Position numbers and translations under genes: made by a program | Notes under the pieces: model-generated | What the model saw: the letters and a program-made list of their open reading frames with translations, nothing else | What the model was told of the DNA's origin: nothing | Databases searched by the model: none | From: Candidatus Aminicenantes bacterium | Lineage (GTDB): Bacteria > Acidobacteriota > Aminicenantia > Aminicenantales > UBA4085 | Direction of reading: 5' to 3' | Assembly: GCA_003141555.1 (NCBI GenBank) | Contig: PLMN01000023.1 | Span: forward strand, 79,916 to 143,915 | DNA: 64,000 nt | In this document: positions 37,275 through 46,814 of the stretch, piece by piece | Layout: each line of letters opens with the position of its first letter | Position numbering within the stretch: the first letter of the stretch is position 1

Positions 37275-40200
37275 ATGGGCATCACCTGTCCGCATTGCCA
37301 TCTGGAGAATTCCTCCGACTCCAAATACTGCAAGGCGTGCGCGACGGCGCTGCCTTCTCACGCCGACGTCCCGGCGCCCCCCACCAGAACGATTTCGGCG
37401 CCCCGCGAGGAGCTGACGACGGGGACGCTTTTCGCCGCGCGGTACCAGATCGTCGAAGAGCTCGGCGGCGGTGGAATGGGCAAGGTCTACCGGGCTCTCG
37501 ACACGAAGGTCGGCGAGGAGATCGCCCTCAAGCTCATCAAGCCCGAGATCGCGGCCGATAAGGCGACCATCGAGCGCTTCAAGAACGAGCTCAAGATCGC
37601 CCGAAAGATCGTCCACAAGAGCGTCGGACGGGTCTACGACCTAAACGAGGACCGGGGGACGTTCTACATCACCATGGAGTATGTCCGGGGCGAGGACCTG
37701 AAGGCCTTCATCCACAGCTCCGGCCAGATGGCCGTGGGCACATCGCTCCGGGTCGCCCGACAGGTCGCCGAAGGGCTGGCCGAAGCCCATGCGTTGGGGA
37801 TCGTCCACCGTGACCTCAAGCCCTCGAACATCATGATCGACCGCGAGGGCAACGCCCGGATCATGGATTTCGGGATCGCCCGCCTGGTCGGCACGCGGGA
37901 CAGCACCGGCGGCAACGTGCTGATCGGGACGCCCGAATACATGTCGCCCGAACAGCTCGAGGGGAAGGAGGCCGGCCCGGCGAGTGACCTCTATGCCCTG
38001 GGGATCGTCTTTTTCGAGATGCTGACCGGCCGCCTCCCCTTCGAGGGCGAAACGCCGCTCAGCGTCGCCATCAAGCAAAAGACCGAAGCGCCGCCCGATC
38101 CCAGGAAGCTGAATCCCCAGGTCCCCGACGCCCTGAACCGCATCATTCTCAAGTGCCTGGAGAAATCCAAGGACAAGAGATACCAGGCAACTGCGGAGCT
38201 GCTGGCCGACCTGACCAAGGTCGAACAGTCCCTGCCGACGACATCCCATCCCCTGCCCGCCCGCAAGACGATGACCTCCAAGCAGATCACCGTCCAGCTG
38301 CCGTCCAGGAAGATCTGGATCCCGGCAGCCGTCGTCCTGCTGGCGCTCCTGGACCTCGCCGTCTGGCAGATTATCCCGGAAGCGGACAGCGCAAAGAGGA
38401 CGATCGCGGTCATCGGATTCCAGAACCAGAGCGGCGACCCGGGGCTCGACTATCTCCGGGAAGCCATCCCGAGCCTCCTCATCACGAGCCTCGGCGAGTC
38501 GAAGCGCCTGAGGGTCACGTCCTGGGAGCGGATGAAGGACATCCTGCGCAATGCGGGCCGGGACGCGGGCGCGATCTTCGACGAAGAGGCGGGATTCGAA
38601 GCCTGCCGCAAGGAAGGCATCGAGGCCATCGTCCTCGGGAGCTTCGTCAAAGCGGGAGAGACGTTCGCCACGGACGCCAAAGTCCTGGACGCCTCGACCA
38701 AGAGCCTCCTGAAGAGCGCCTCGGCCAAAGGGACCGGAATCGACAGCATCCTCAAATCCCAGATCGACGAGATCAGCCGGGCGATCCGGCGCGGCATCGC
38801 CCTCCCGCCGCTCAAGATCGAGGCGCCGGCCCGGAAGATCATCGATCTCACCACGAGCTCGATGGAGGCCTACGATAATTACCTGAAGTCCCAGGAAGCC
38901 TTCGACCATTTCTTTTGGGCCGACTCCAGGAGGCTCGCGGAAAAGGCCGTGACGATCGACCCGACCTTCGCTCTCGCTTACTCTCTTCTTTCTCAGGCGG
39001 CCCATAATCTTCTCGACTACCCTGCCCGCGACGCGGCCCTCGAGAAGGCCAAGACCCATGCCGCCAAGGCCACGGAAAGGGAAAGGCTCTTCATCGAAGC
39101 CCGTTTTGCCTCGACCATCGAACACAACCCCGAGGAGCGGGTCCGGCTGTTGAATGAGCTTGTCGAGAAATACCCGGACGACAAACAGGGGCATTACGAG
39201 CTCGGTCAATATTTCATCAACCGTGGCCGCAGCTCGGAAGCGGCAGCGGAGTACGAAAAATCCGTCGCCCTCGACCCCAAGTTCGCCCCAGCCTTCAATA
39301 TGCTCGGCTATTCCCAGGCGAGGCTGGGAGATTTCAGCAAGGCGCTCCAGGCCTTCGAGCGCTATGCCGAGCTGAATCCCGGGCTCCCCAATCCCGTCGA
39401 TTCCATCGCTGAAATGCATCTTTACCAGGGAGACCTGGACGCGGCCGCGGCGAAGTACCGCGAAGCGCTCGCCCTGAAACCCGATTTCTATGCCTCGTGC
39501 TCGGGGCTGTCCTATGTCTACGTCCTGAAGGAGGACTACGCGCAATCCGGACGTTGGCTGGACGAATTTGTGAAGAGGGCGCCGACGCCCCAAGCCAAAA
39601 TGGAGGAACTTTATCAGAAGTGCTATTACGACTATTTTCTCGGCCGCAACGATCGGGCGCTGGCCGGCGGCCTCGCGCTCAAGAGCCAAGGGGAGCAATA
39701 CAAGTTCTTCTACGGCTTGGGAGCTTTGGACTGGCTCATGGGTTTTCTCTATGCGGATAAGGGGGAATTCGACAAGGCCCGCAAGACGCTACGGGACTCG
39801 AACGAATACCTGAATCAGGACAATCCGGCCTCGCGGCCATCCCATGCAGCCTTCATCGCCTTCTACCTCGGCTGGCTTGAGATCCAGGAAGGGCGGATCG
39901 AGGCGGCGAAAGCCCATCGCGCCGAGCTCGAGAATCTTCTCTCCGGCCTAAAGCCGGAAGAACGAGACGTGCTGTTGATCATCCCGCTCCTGCTCGGCTC
40001 CGAAATCGCGCTGGCTGAAAATAATGTGGAGCAGGCCATCAGCCTGGGACAGAAAATCGACTTCGGGAAGCTGCCCTCCGTGAACACGTCCAAAATGGTC
40101 AAGTACAATATGCCGTTCGTTAAGGATGTTCTAGCCCGGGCCTACTGGAAGAAAGGCGAGCTCGACAACGCCGTTTCAGAATACGAGCGGTTGACGACCA

Positions 40201-40394
40201 TCGACCCGAAGAGCCCGACGCTTATGCTCATCTCCCCGTTCTACCACTACCGGCTCGGCCGCGTGCTGGCGCAGAAGGGAGAGAAGGGCCGGGCCCGCCT
40301 CGAATACGAAAAGCTCCTCAAATATTGGGCCGATGCGGATCCGTCCCACCCCGAGCTCAAGGACGCCCGGGCGCGATCGGCCGCGCTCCGGTAA
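37275..40394 (+). CDS. Membrane Ser/Thr kinase with TPRs (paralog of 7397..10504)
   Basis: CPHC..YCKAC; LGGGGMGKVY, HRDLKPSN, DFG, GTPEYMSPE; TM; TPRs. Confidence 0.93.
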   Translation: MGITCPHCHLENSSDSKYCKACATALPSHADVPAPPTRTISAPREELTTGTLFAARYQIVEELGGGGMGKVYRALDTKVGEEIALKLIKPEIAADKATIERFKNELKIARKIVHKSVGRVYDLNEDRGTFYITMEYVRGEDLKAFIHSSGQMAVGTSLRVARQVAEGLAEAHALGIVHRDLKPSNIMIDREGNARIMDFGIARLVGTRDSTGGNVLIGTPEYMSPEQLEGKEAGPASDLYALGIVFFEMLTGRLPFEGETPLSVAIKQKTEAPPDPRKLNPQVPDALNRIILKCLEKSKDKRYQATAELLADLTKVEQSLPTTSHPLPARKTMTSKQITVQLPSRKIWIPAAVVLLALLDLAVWQIIPEADSAKRTIAVIGFQNQSGDPGLDYLREAIPSLLITSLGESKRLRVTSWERMKDILRNAGRDAGAIFDEEAGFEACRKEGIEAIVLGSFVKAGETFATDAKVLDASTKSLLKSASAKGTGIDSILKSQIDEISRAIRRGIALPPLKIEAPARKIIDLTTSSMEAYDNYLKSQEAFDHFFWADSRRLAEKAVTIDPTFALAYSLLSQAAHNLLDYPARDAALEKAKTHAAKATERERLFIEARFASTIEHNPEERVRLLNELVEKYPDDKQGHYELGQYFINRGRSSEAAAEYEKSVALDPKFAPAFNMLGYSQARLGDFSKALQAFERYAELNPGLPNPVDSIAEMHLYQGDLDAAAAKYREALALKPDFYASCSGLSYVYVLKEDYAQSGRWLDEFVKRAPTPQAKMEELYQKCYYDYFLGRNDRALAGGLALKSQGEQYKFFYGLGALDWLMGFLYADKGEFDKARKTLRDSNEYLNQDNPASRPSHAAFIAFYLGWLEIQEGRIEAAKAHRAELENLLSGLKPEERDVLLIIPLLLGSEIALAENNVEQAISLGQKIDFGKLPSVNTSKMVKYNMPFVKDVLARAYWKKGELDNAVSEYERLTTIDPKSPTLMLISPFYHYRLGRVLAQKGEKGRARLEYEKLLKYWADADPSHPELKDARARSAALR

Positions 40395-40415
40395 AGGCCC
40401 CGATTCTCATCGTTC

Positions 40416-40444
40416 TTGACTCCCTTCGCCGCCGGGAATATTCT
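40416..40444 (+). promoter_or_regulatory. Putative sigma70 promoter for GH106
   Basis: TTGACT-N17-TATTCT. Confidence 0.5.
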
Positions 40445-40539
40445 TCCCGCATAGGGTAAGTCCTCGTCAGAGCGAAATGCGGGAAAACGCTCCCGTAAAA
40501 TACGATCCGAATCCGACCCTATCGAAAGGCAGGTCAGCT

Positions 40540-43500
40540 ATGAAATTATCGCAAAAAGGGATGAAGCGACTTTGTCTCGCTGCGGCGGCCGCGGCCCTGT
40601 TGGGGACGTGGATCGCCGCCGCCCAGACCGCCCCGGCTTCGGAGGACGCCCTGGCCAAGGGCTTTCAGAACCCGCCCGACAGCGCCAGCCCGCGCGTCTG
40701 GTGGCATTGGATGAGCGGCAACATCACCAAGGAAGGGATCAAGGCCGACCTCGAATGGATGAAGCGGGCCGGCATCGGCGGCTTCCAGAACTTCGACGCG
40801 GGGCTGAACACGCCCCAGATCGTCGACAAGCGCCTGGTCTTCATGACGCCCGACTGGAAGGACGCCTTCAAATACGCCGCCACGCTGGCCGACCAGCTGG
40901 GCCTGGAAATGGCCATCGCCGGCTCGCCCGGCTGGAGCGAGAGCGGCGGACCGTGGGTCACCCCGGCCCAGGCGATGAAAAAATACGTCTGGAGCGAGAC
41001 GCGCCTCGAGGGCGGCCGCCGGTTCACCGGCGTGCTGCCCAAGCCGCCGGCCTCGACCGGATCCTACCAGAACCTCGCCGAGCGCCATGGAGGGTACGGC
41101 GAAGGCTCGACCGCGGAGCCGCCGCAGTTCTACGCCGACAGCGCCGTCGTCGCCTACCGGGCGCCGGAGCGCGACCGTCCCCTCCCCGAGCTCCAGCCGA
41201 AAGTGACGTCGAGCGGCGGGGATTTCGACCTCGCCTCCCTCACCGACGGCGACCTCTTCAAGACCGCTCTCCTGCCGGCGGCGCCGGAGGGCCAGAAATC
41301 CTGGATCCAATTTGAATTTGCCCAGCCCCAGACGGTTTTCGGGCTCACCCTGGTGACGATCGGGGGCGGGCGCCGCGGCGCGGCCGATCCCGAATTGGAG
41401 ACGAGCGACAACGGCCGGCAATTCCGCACGGTCGCCTCGGTCCCGGCGGAGGCGCGGACGATCGCGTTTCCCGGGGTCACCGCCCGGTTCTTCCGCCTGA
41501 GCATCCTCACTCCGGCCGCCGCCGAAATGCGGCCGGCCGGCGCGCGGGGCGGCGCCCCGGCTTCGCCTACCGGGACGTCGATCGCCGAGCTTGTCCTCCA
41601 CACCTCGGCCGTCGTCAACCGGTTCCAGGACAAGGCCGGCTTCTCAACGGCGACGGGGCTTTACGGCCTGGCGACACCCGCCGCCCCGGCCGGCAACGTC
41701 GTGCCCAAGGCGGACGTCGTCGACCTCACGGCCAAGATGCAGCCCGACGGCACGCTCGACTGGACGCCGCCCGCGGGACGCTGGGTCGTCCTGCGCTTCG
41801 GCTATTCCCTCACCGGCGCGCGCAATTCTCCGGCGTCGCCGGAGGCCACCGGGCTCGAAGTGGACAAGCTCAGCCGGGCCCATGTCAAAGCCTACTTCGA
41901 CAATTACCTCAGCCAATACAAGGACACCGTCGGCCCCCTCATGGGCAAGCGCGGCCTCCAATATGTGATCACCGACAGCTGGGAAGCCGGCGTCGCCAAC
42001 TGGACCGACGCGATGCTCGCCGAGTTCGCCAAGCACCGCGGCTACGACATGAAGACCTGGCTGCCCGTCCTCGCCGGCCGGGTGGTGGAGAGCGCCGAAG
42101 CGAGCGACCGGTTCCTGTGGGACTTCCGCAAGACCCTGGGCGAGCTGGTCGCCGAGAATCACTATGACCAGCTCACGACCCTCCTCCACGAGCGGGGCAT
42201 GGGCCGCTACACCGAATCCCACGAGTCCGGCCGGGCGTTCATCGGCGACGGCATGGAGGTCAAACGGAACGCCGACGTGCCGATGAGCGCCATGTGGATC
42301 CAGCAGCCCGGCCGGACGACCGGGCAATACGACGCCGACGTCCGCGAATCCGCCTCCGTCGCCCACATCTACGGCCAGAACCTGGTCGCCGCCGAGTCCC
42401 TTACCGCGGGCAGCGGCGCGTGGTCATATTCCCCCGAAACCCTCAAGCCCACCGCCGACCGCCTGCTGGCCATGGGACTGAACCGGTTCGTCATCCATAC
42501 CTCGGTCCACCAGCCCGTCAACGACAAGATCCCGGGCCTGGGGCTCGGACCCTTCGGCCAGTGGTTCACCCGCCATGAAACCTGGGCGGAATCGGCCAAG
42601 CCCTGGACGACCTACCTGGCCCGCAGCTCCTACCTGCTCCAACAGGGGACGTTCGCGGCCGACATCGCCTACTTCTACGGCGAAGATTCGAACATCACGG
42701 CGCTGTTCCCCGAAAGACTGCCGGACCTCCCGGCCGGATACAATTTCGACTTCGTCAACGCCGACGCCCTGCTGAACCGCCTCTCGGCGGCCGACGGGAA
42801 GATCGTCACCGCGACCGGCATGAGCTACCGGCTGCTCGCGCTCGATCCCAACAGCCGGCACATGTCCCTCGCCGTGCTGCGGAAGATCCGCGACCTGGTC
42901 GGCGCCGGGGCCGTGGTCGTGGGCCCCAAGCCCGTCGATAGCCCCAGCCTGGCCGACGATCAGGCCGAGTTCCGGGCCCTCGCGGACCGGCTCTGGGGCT
43001 CCGGCATCGCCAAGGGCAAGGTGGACGGCGATCAGACGGTCGCCCAGGCGCTCGGCGCCCTCGGGGTCGACCCGGATTTCAAGTATACCAAGCCGCGCCA
43101 GGACACGACGCTCCTGTTCGTCCACCGGAAGCTCGCGGACGGAGACGTCTACTGGATCGGCGATTCCGACAGCCGCCCGGAAATCCTCGAGGCCAGCTTC
43201 CGGGTGCAGGGCAAGGCCCCCGAGCTGTGGCACGCGGATACCGGGCTCATCGAGCCCGCGACCTACAGCATCGCCGACGGCCGGACCGCGGTGACGCTGC
43301 GCCTCGATCCCCACGACGCGGTGTTCGTGGTCTTCCGCAATCCGGCCGCAGCGCCGGCGCGCGCGCTGCCCGTCCGGGCCGAGGCGCTTCTCGCGGACCT
43401 CACCGGCGCCTGGAACGTCTCGTTCCAGCCCCGCCGGGGAGCGCCGCCGAGGCTCGTGCTCGACGCCCTGGGCACGTGGAGCGACAGCCCCGTCCCCGGC

Positions 43501-43872
43501 GTGAAGTATTTTTCCGGGACGGCGACTTACACCAAGACCGTCCAGGCCCCCGCGGACTGGTTCAAGCCCGGAACGAAGCTGTGGCTCGACCTGGGCGACG
43601 TGAAGAACATCGCCGAGGTCTCGGTCAACGGCGCGCCGCTCGGCATCCTCTGGAAGCCTCCGTTCCGCGTGGACGCGACCGCCGCGCTCAAGCCCGGAGC
43701 CAACGCGCTGGTCATCAAGGTGACCAATCTCTGGGTCAACCGCCTGATCGGCGACGAGCAGCCCGGCACGCTGAAGAAGTACACGTACACGGCCCAGCAG
43801 TTCTACCGGGCCGAGTCTCCCCTGCTTCCCTCGGGGCTCATCGGCCCGGTCGTGATCGTGAGGACCGAGTAA
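40540..43872 (+). CDS. GH106-family glycoside hydrolase (alpha-L-rhamnosidase-like), secreted
   Basis: FQNPPDSASPRVWWHWMSGNITKEGI, PGWSESGGPWV, TDSWEAG, VAAES, WKPPFRVD, VTNLWVNRLIGD. Confidence 0.88.
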   Translation: MKLSQKGMKRLCLAAAAAALLGTWIAAAQTAPASEDALAKGFQNPPDSASPRVWWHWMSGNITKEGIKADLEWMKRAGIGGFQNFDAGLNTPQIVDKRLVFMTPDWKDAFKYAATLADQLGLEMAIAGSPGWSESGGPWVTPAQAMKKYVWSETRLEGGRRFTGVLPKPPASTGSYQNLAERHGGYGEGSTAEPPQFYADSAVVAYRAPERDRPLPELQPKVTSSGGDFDLASLTDGDLFKTALLPAAPEGQKSWIQFEFAQPQTVFGLTLVTIGGGRRGAADPELETSDNGRQFRTVASVPAEARTIAFPGVTARFFRLSILTPAAAEMRPAGARGGAPASPTGTSIAELVLHTSAVVNRFQDKAGFSTATGLYGLATPAAPAGNVVPKADVVDLTAKMQPDGTLDWTPPAGRWVVLRFGYSLTGARNSPASPEATGLEVDKLSRAHVKAYFDNYLSQYKDTVGPLMGKRGLQYVITDSWEAGVANWTDAMLAEFAKHRGYDMKTWLPVLAGRVVESAEASDRFLWDFRKTLGELVAENHYDQLTTLLHERGMGRYTESHESGRAFIGDGMEVKRNADVPMSAMWIQQPGRTTGQYDADVRESASVAHIYGQNLVAAESLTAGSGAWSYSPETLKPTADRLLAMGLNRFVIHTSVHQPVNDKIPGLGLGPFGQWFTRHETWAESAKPWTTYLARSSYLLQQGTFAADIAYFYGEDSNITALFPERLPDLPAGYNFDFVNADALLNRLSAADGKIVTATGMSYRLLALDPNSRHMSLAVLRKIRDLVGAGAVVVGPKPVDSPSLADDQAEFRALADRLWGSGIAKGKVDGDQTVAQALGALGVDPDFKYTKPRQDTTLLFVHRKLADGDVYWIGDSDSRPEILEASFRVQGKAPELWHADTGLIEPATYSIADGRTAVTLRLDPHDAVFVVFRNPAAAPARALPVRAEALLADLTGAWNVSFQPRRGAPPRLVLDALGTWSDSPVPGVKYFSGTATYTKTVQAPADWFKPGTKLWLDLGDVKNIAEVSVNGAPLGILWKPPFRVDATAALKPGANALVIKVTNLWVNRLIGDEQPGTLKKYTYTAQQFYRAESPLLPSGLIGPVVIVRTE

Positions 43873-43917
43873 AGAAAAGGAGTCACCGAGCCCTCCCTCG
43901 CGTCCCCGTTCTCCGAA

Positions 43918-43946
43918 TTGACGCCGCCAGGCGCTTGGCTTAAGAT
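43918..43946 (+). promoter_or_regulatory. Putative sigma70 promoter
   Basis: TTGACG-N17-TAAGAT upstream of the epimerase. Confidence 0.5.
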
Positions 43947-43992
43947 TATGGCGATCCTTCCGGGAAGCGAGGAAGGGCGAGGGAGGCATGTC

Positions 43993-45036
43993 ATGGCCAA
44001 TGCTTCGAAGACCGCCAAATTGACGGTTGTCGACAAGAATATCCAGATCGTCATCGCCGGCGCCGGCGGCTTCATCGGCGGATCGCTGGCCCGCTACTTC
44101 AGCGGCAAGGGCTTCACCCGCATCCGGGCCGTCGACAAGAAGCCGCTCAGCGAATGGTATCAGCGCACGCCGGGCGTCGAGTGCCTCTGCCTCGACCTGA
44201 GCCAGGAACAGAACTGCCGCCGGGCGGTCGAGGGCGCGACCGAGGTCTATCAGCTCGCGGCCGACATGGGCGGCATGGGCTTCATCGAAAAGTTCCGGAT
44301 CGAGTGCCTCCGGAGCGTTTTGATCAACACCCACATGGTCGAGTCCGCCTACCGGGCCGGCGTCGACCGCTATTTCTACTCGTCCTCGGCCTGCGTCTAC
44401 AACACCGACCTCCAGAAGGACCCGAACGTCCGGGCCCTCAAGGAGTCGGATGCCTACCCGGCCATGTCCGAGCGGGGCTACGGCTGGGAGAAGCTCATCT
44501 CGGAGATGTTCTGCCAGGAATACTGGGCCGAGCGCAAGATGAAGACGTTCATGGCCCGGTTCCACAACGTCTATGGCCCGTGGGGCACGTGGGACGGCGG
44601 GCGGGAGAAGGCCCCGGCGGCCCTCTGCCGCAAGGTCATCGCCGCCAAGGACAAGAACGACCTGAGGATCGACGTCTGGGGCGACGGGACGCAGACCCGG
44701 AGCTACATGTTCATCGACGACTGCGTCAAGGGCATCGACATGATCACCCACTGCGACACGCTGATCGCCACGCCCATCAACCTGGGGACGAGCGAGCTGA
44801 TTTCGGTCAAGGACCTGGTGACGCTCTGCGAGACGATCGGCGGCGTGACGCTCAAGCGGACCTATGACCCGGCGGCCCCGAAAGGCGTCGCCGGGCGAAA
44901 CAGCGACAACACGATGATCCGCCGGATCCTGGGCTGGGAGCCGGCGACGCCGCTCAAGGACGGCATGCGCAAGACGTACGCCTGGATCGAGCAGCAATAC
45001 AAGCTTCGCAAGGCGGGCAAACGGACCGTCGAATGA
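43993..45036 (+). CDS. NAD-dependent epimerase, GDP-mannose 3,5-epimerase-like
   Basis: GAGGFIG, AADMGGMGFI, SSACVY, YGWEK, RFHNVYGPWGTWDGGREKAPAALCRK. Confidence 0.88.
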   Translation: MANASKTAKLTVVDKNIQIVIAGAGGFIGGSLARYFSGKGFTRIRAVDKKPLSEWYQRTPGVECLCLDLSQEQNCRRAVEGATEVYQLAADMGGMGFIEKFRIECLRSVLINTHMVESAYRAGVDRYFYSSSACVYNTDLQKDPNVRALKESDAYPAMSERGYGWEKLISEMFCQEYWAERKMKTFMARFHNVYGPWGTWDGGREKAPAALCRKVIAAKDKNDLRIDVWGDGTQTRSYMFIDDCVKGIDMITHCDTLIATPINLGTSELISVKDLVTLCETIGGVTLKRTYDPAAPKGVAGRNSDNTMIRRILGWEPATPLKDGMRKTYAWIEQQYKLRKAGKRTVE

Positions 45037-45063
45037 TATCGGTCATTTTTGTGAGGGGCAGGC

Positions 45064-45099
45064 TTAATTAAAGCATCGCCTTGCCTGTCGCCTGAATAA
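45064..45099. repeat. Half copy of the REP-like element at 62232-62305
   Basis: AATTAAAGCATCGCCTTGCCTGTCGCC versus AATTAAGGTATTGCCTTGCCTGTCACC. Confidence 0.55.
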
Positions 45100-45131
45100 A
45101 AACCGGGCGCGGCGGCGCCGCGAGGGGGGAC

Positions 45132-46814
45132 ATGATGCCGAACCGTCTTATGGCCAACTTTCTAGCCATCCTCCTTCTCATCCCGGTCATCGCCGCCGCC
45201 GTCGCGGTCCCGCTCATGGCCCAGCCTTCGCAAGAACAGGTCATCGAGGTCCGCGTCGCCCGCGGCGACACGCTCGGCAAGATCTGCCGCGAGTATCTGG
45301 CCGATCCAAAGGACTGGACCGAAGTCGCCCGCGTCAACCGACTGGCGAATTCCGACGTCATCTCCCCCGGGCAAGTCCTCGTCATCCCCGTCCGGCTCCT
45401 CAAATCCGCTCCGAGCGATGGCCGGGCGGACTTCGTCCGCGGCCGCGTCGAAATCCGCCTGGCCGGCGGGCCGGACTGGAAGTCCCTTGCAGCCGGCGAC
45501 CGTATTCCCCAAGGGAGCTTCGTCCGAACCGGGAGAGGGAGCGCCCTCGAAATCACATTCGAGAACGGGGACTCCTGTTTCCTCCGGCCCGACACGACCC
45601 TGGGCCTCACGACGACGGCCAGCGAGGGCGGCGGCTGGGTCAGAAAGTTCTTTCTCGAGCTGGGCAGGGTCATCACCCGAATCCAAAAGGCGACCGGGGT
45701 CCACTCGCGCTTCGAGATCACGACCCCCTCGGCCCAGTGTGCCGCGCGCGGGACGGTGTTCCGGGCCGGGATCGACGCCGAGGGCACGACCCGCTCCGAG
45801 GTCCTCGAGGGCATCGTGGCCGTTTCGGCCATGGGCGCCTCCGTCGACGTCGCCGAAGGCCAGGGCACGGCCGTGCGGAAGGGCGAGCGGCCGCTCCCGC
45901 CGCGCCCGCTCCTTTCGGCGCCCGCGCCGGGAAAGATCGAGGCGCCGTTTCGCCGCATTCCCTTCTCGATTCCTCTCGCGGCGCCCACCGGCGCCGTCTC
46001 GGTCATCGCCGCCCTGACCCACGATCGCGACGGGAAAGATACGGCGGTCGAAGCCGTCCTCAAGCCCGGCGACGCATTTCAGGCGGACGGAATCGGCGAC
46101 GGATCCTACTTCCTCCAAAGCCGGGCCCTCGACGAGCTCGGACTCGAAGGCTTGCCCTCTCTTCCCGTAGAAATCGCGGTCCGAACCCGGCCATACCCTC
46201 CCGCCCTTCTGGGTATGACCGCCGGGGCCCCCTTGAGGAACGGGCCGCCGCGGCTTCACTGGATCGGAGTCGAGGGCGCCGCTCATTACCGGGTTCAGCT
46301 GGCCGCGGATCCCGGGTTCGCTCGGATCATCGACCAGGCCGAGATGTCCGGCCTGTCCTGGACGTCCGCCCTTTCCGCCGTCGGCGAATACCACCTCCGG
46401 GCTCGTTCGATCGCCGCGGACGGATTCGAGGGCGATTGGTCCGAGGACCTGAGATTTTTCGTCCTGCCGCCGCTCGTCTCGCCGGTCCTGGAGAAGCCCC
46501 GCCGGTCCGGCGGCTGGGTCAACCTCAAATGGAGCGAGGCCGGACCCGGCGCATTCTACCGGCTTCAGGTCGCCAGGGACAAGGACTTCACGGCGCTCGC
46601 CTATGAAGCGAACGTCGTCCCCCCCGCCCTCCGCCTCGCCGAGCCCGCCGACTCCGGTCTCTACTACGTACGGGTGAAGGCGGCCGACGCAGCGGGCGCG
46701 GAAAGCGCATTTTCCAACCCGCGGACATTCCGGATCGGCGGATTCTGGGCGGTCGTCCTGAGCCCGTGCTCCCTGGTCCCCTTGGCCACGATCCTCTACC
46801 TTCTCTTCAAATGA
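45132..46814 (+). CDS. LysM-FecR-fibronectin type III protein
   Basis: Lys[22 protein letters not shown]; Fec[17 protein letters not shown]; FN3-like repeats; C-terminal hydrophobic anchor. Confidence 0.85.
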   Translation: MMPNRLMANFLAILLLIPVIAAAVAVPLMAQPSQEQVIEVRVARGDTLGKICREYLADPKDWTEVARVNRLANSDVISPGQVLVIPVRLLKSAPSDGRADFVRGRVEIRLAGGPDWKSLAAGDRIPQGSFVRTGRGSALEITFENGDSCFLRPDTTLGLTTTASEGGGWVRKFFLELGRVITRIQKATGVHSRFEITTPSAQCAARGTVFRAGIDAEGTTRSEVLEGIVAVSAMGASVDVAEGQGTAVRKGERPLPPRPLLSAPAPGKIEAPFRRIPFSIPLAAPTGAVSVIAALTHDRDGKDTAVEAVLKPGDAFQADGIGDGSYFLQSRALDELGLEGLPSLPVEIAVRTRPYPPALLGMTAGAPLRNGPPRLHWIGVEGAAHYRVQLAADPGFARIIDQAEMSGLSWTSALSAVGEYHLRARSIAADGFEGDWSEDLRFFVLPPLVSPVLEKPRRSGGWVNLKWSEAGPGAFYRLQVARDKDFTALAYEANVVPPALRLAEPADSGLYYVRVKAADAAGAESAFSNPRTFRIGGFWAVVLSPCSLVPLATILYLLFK

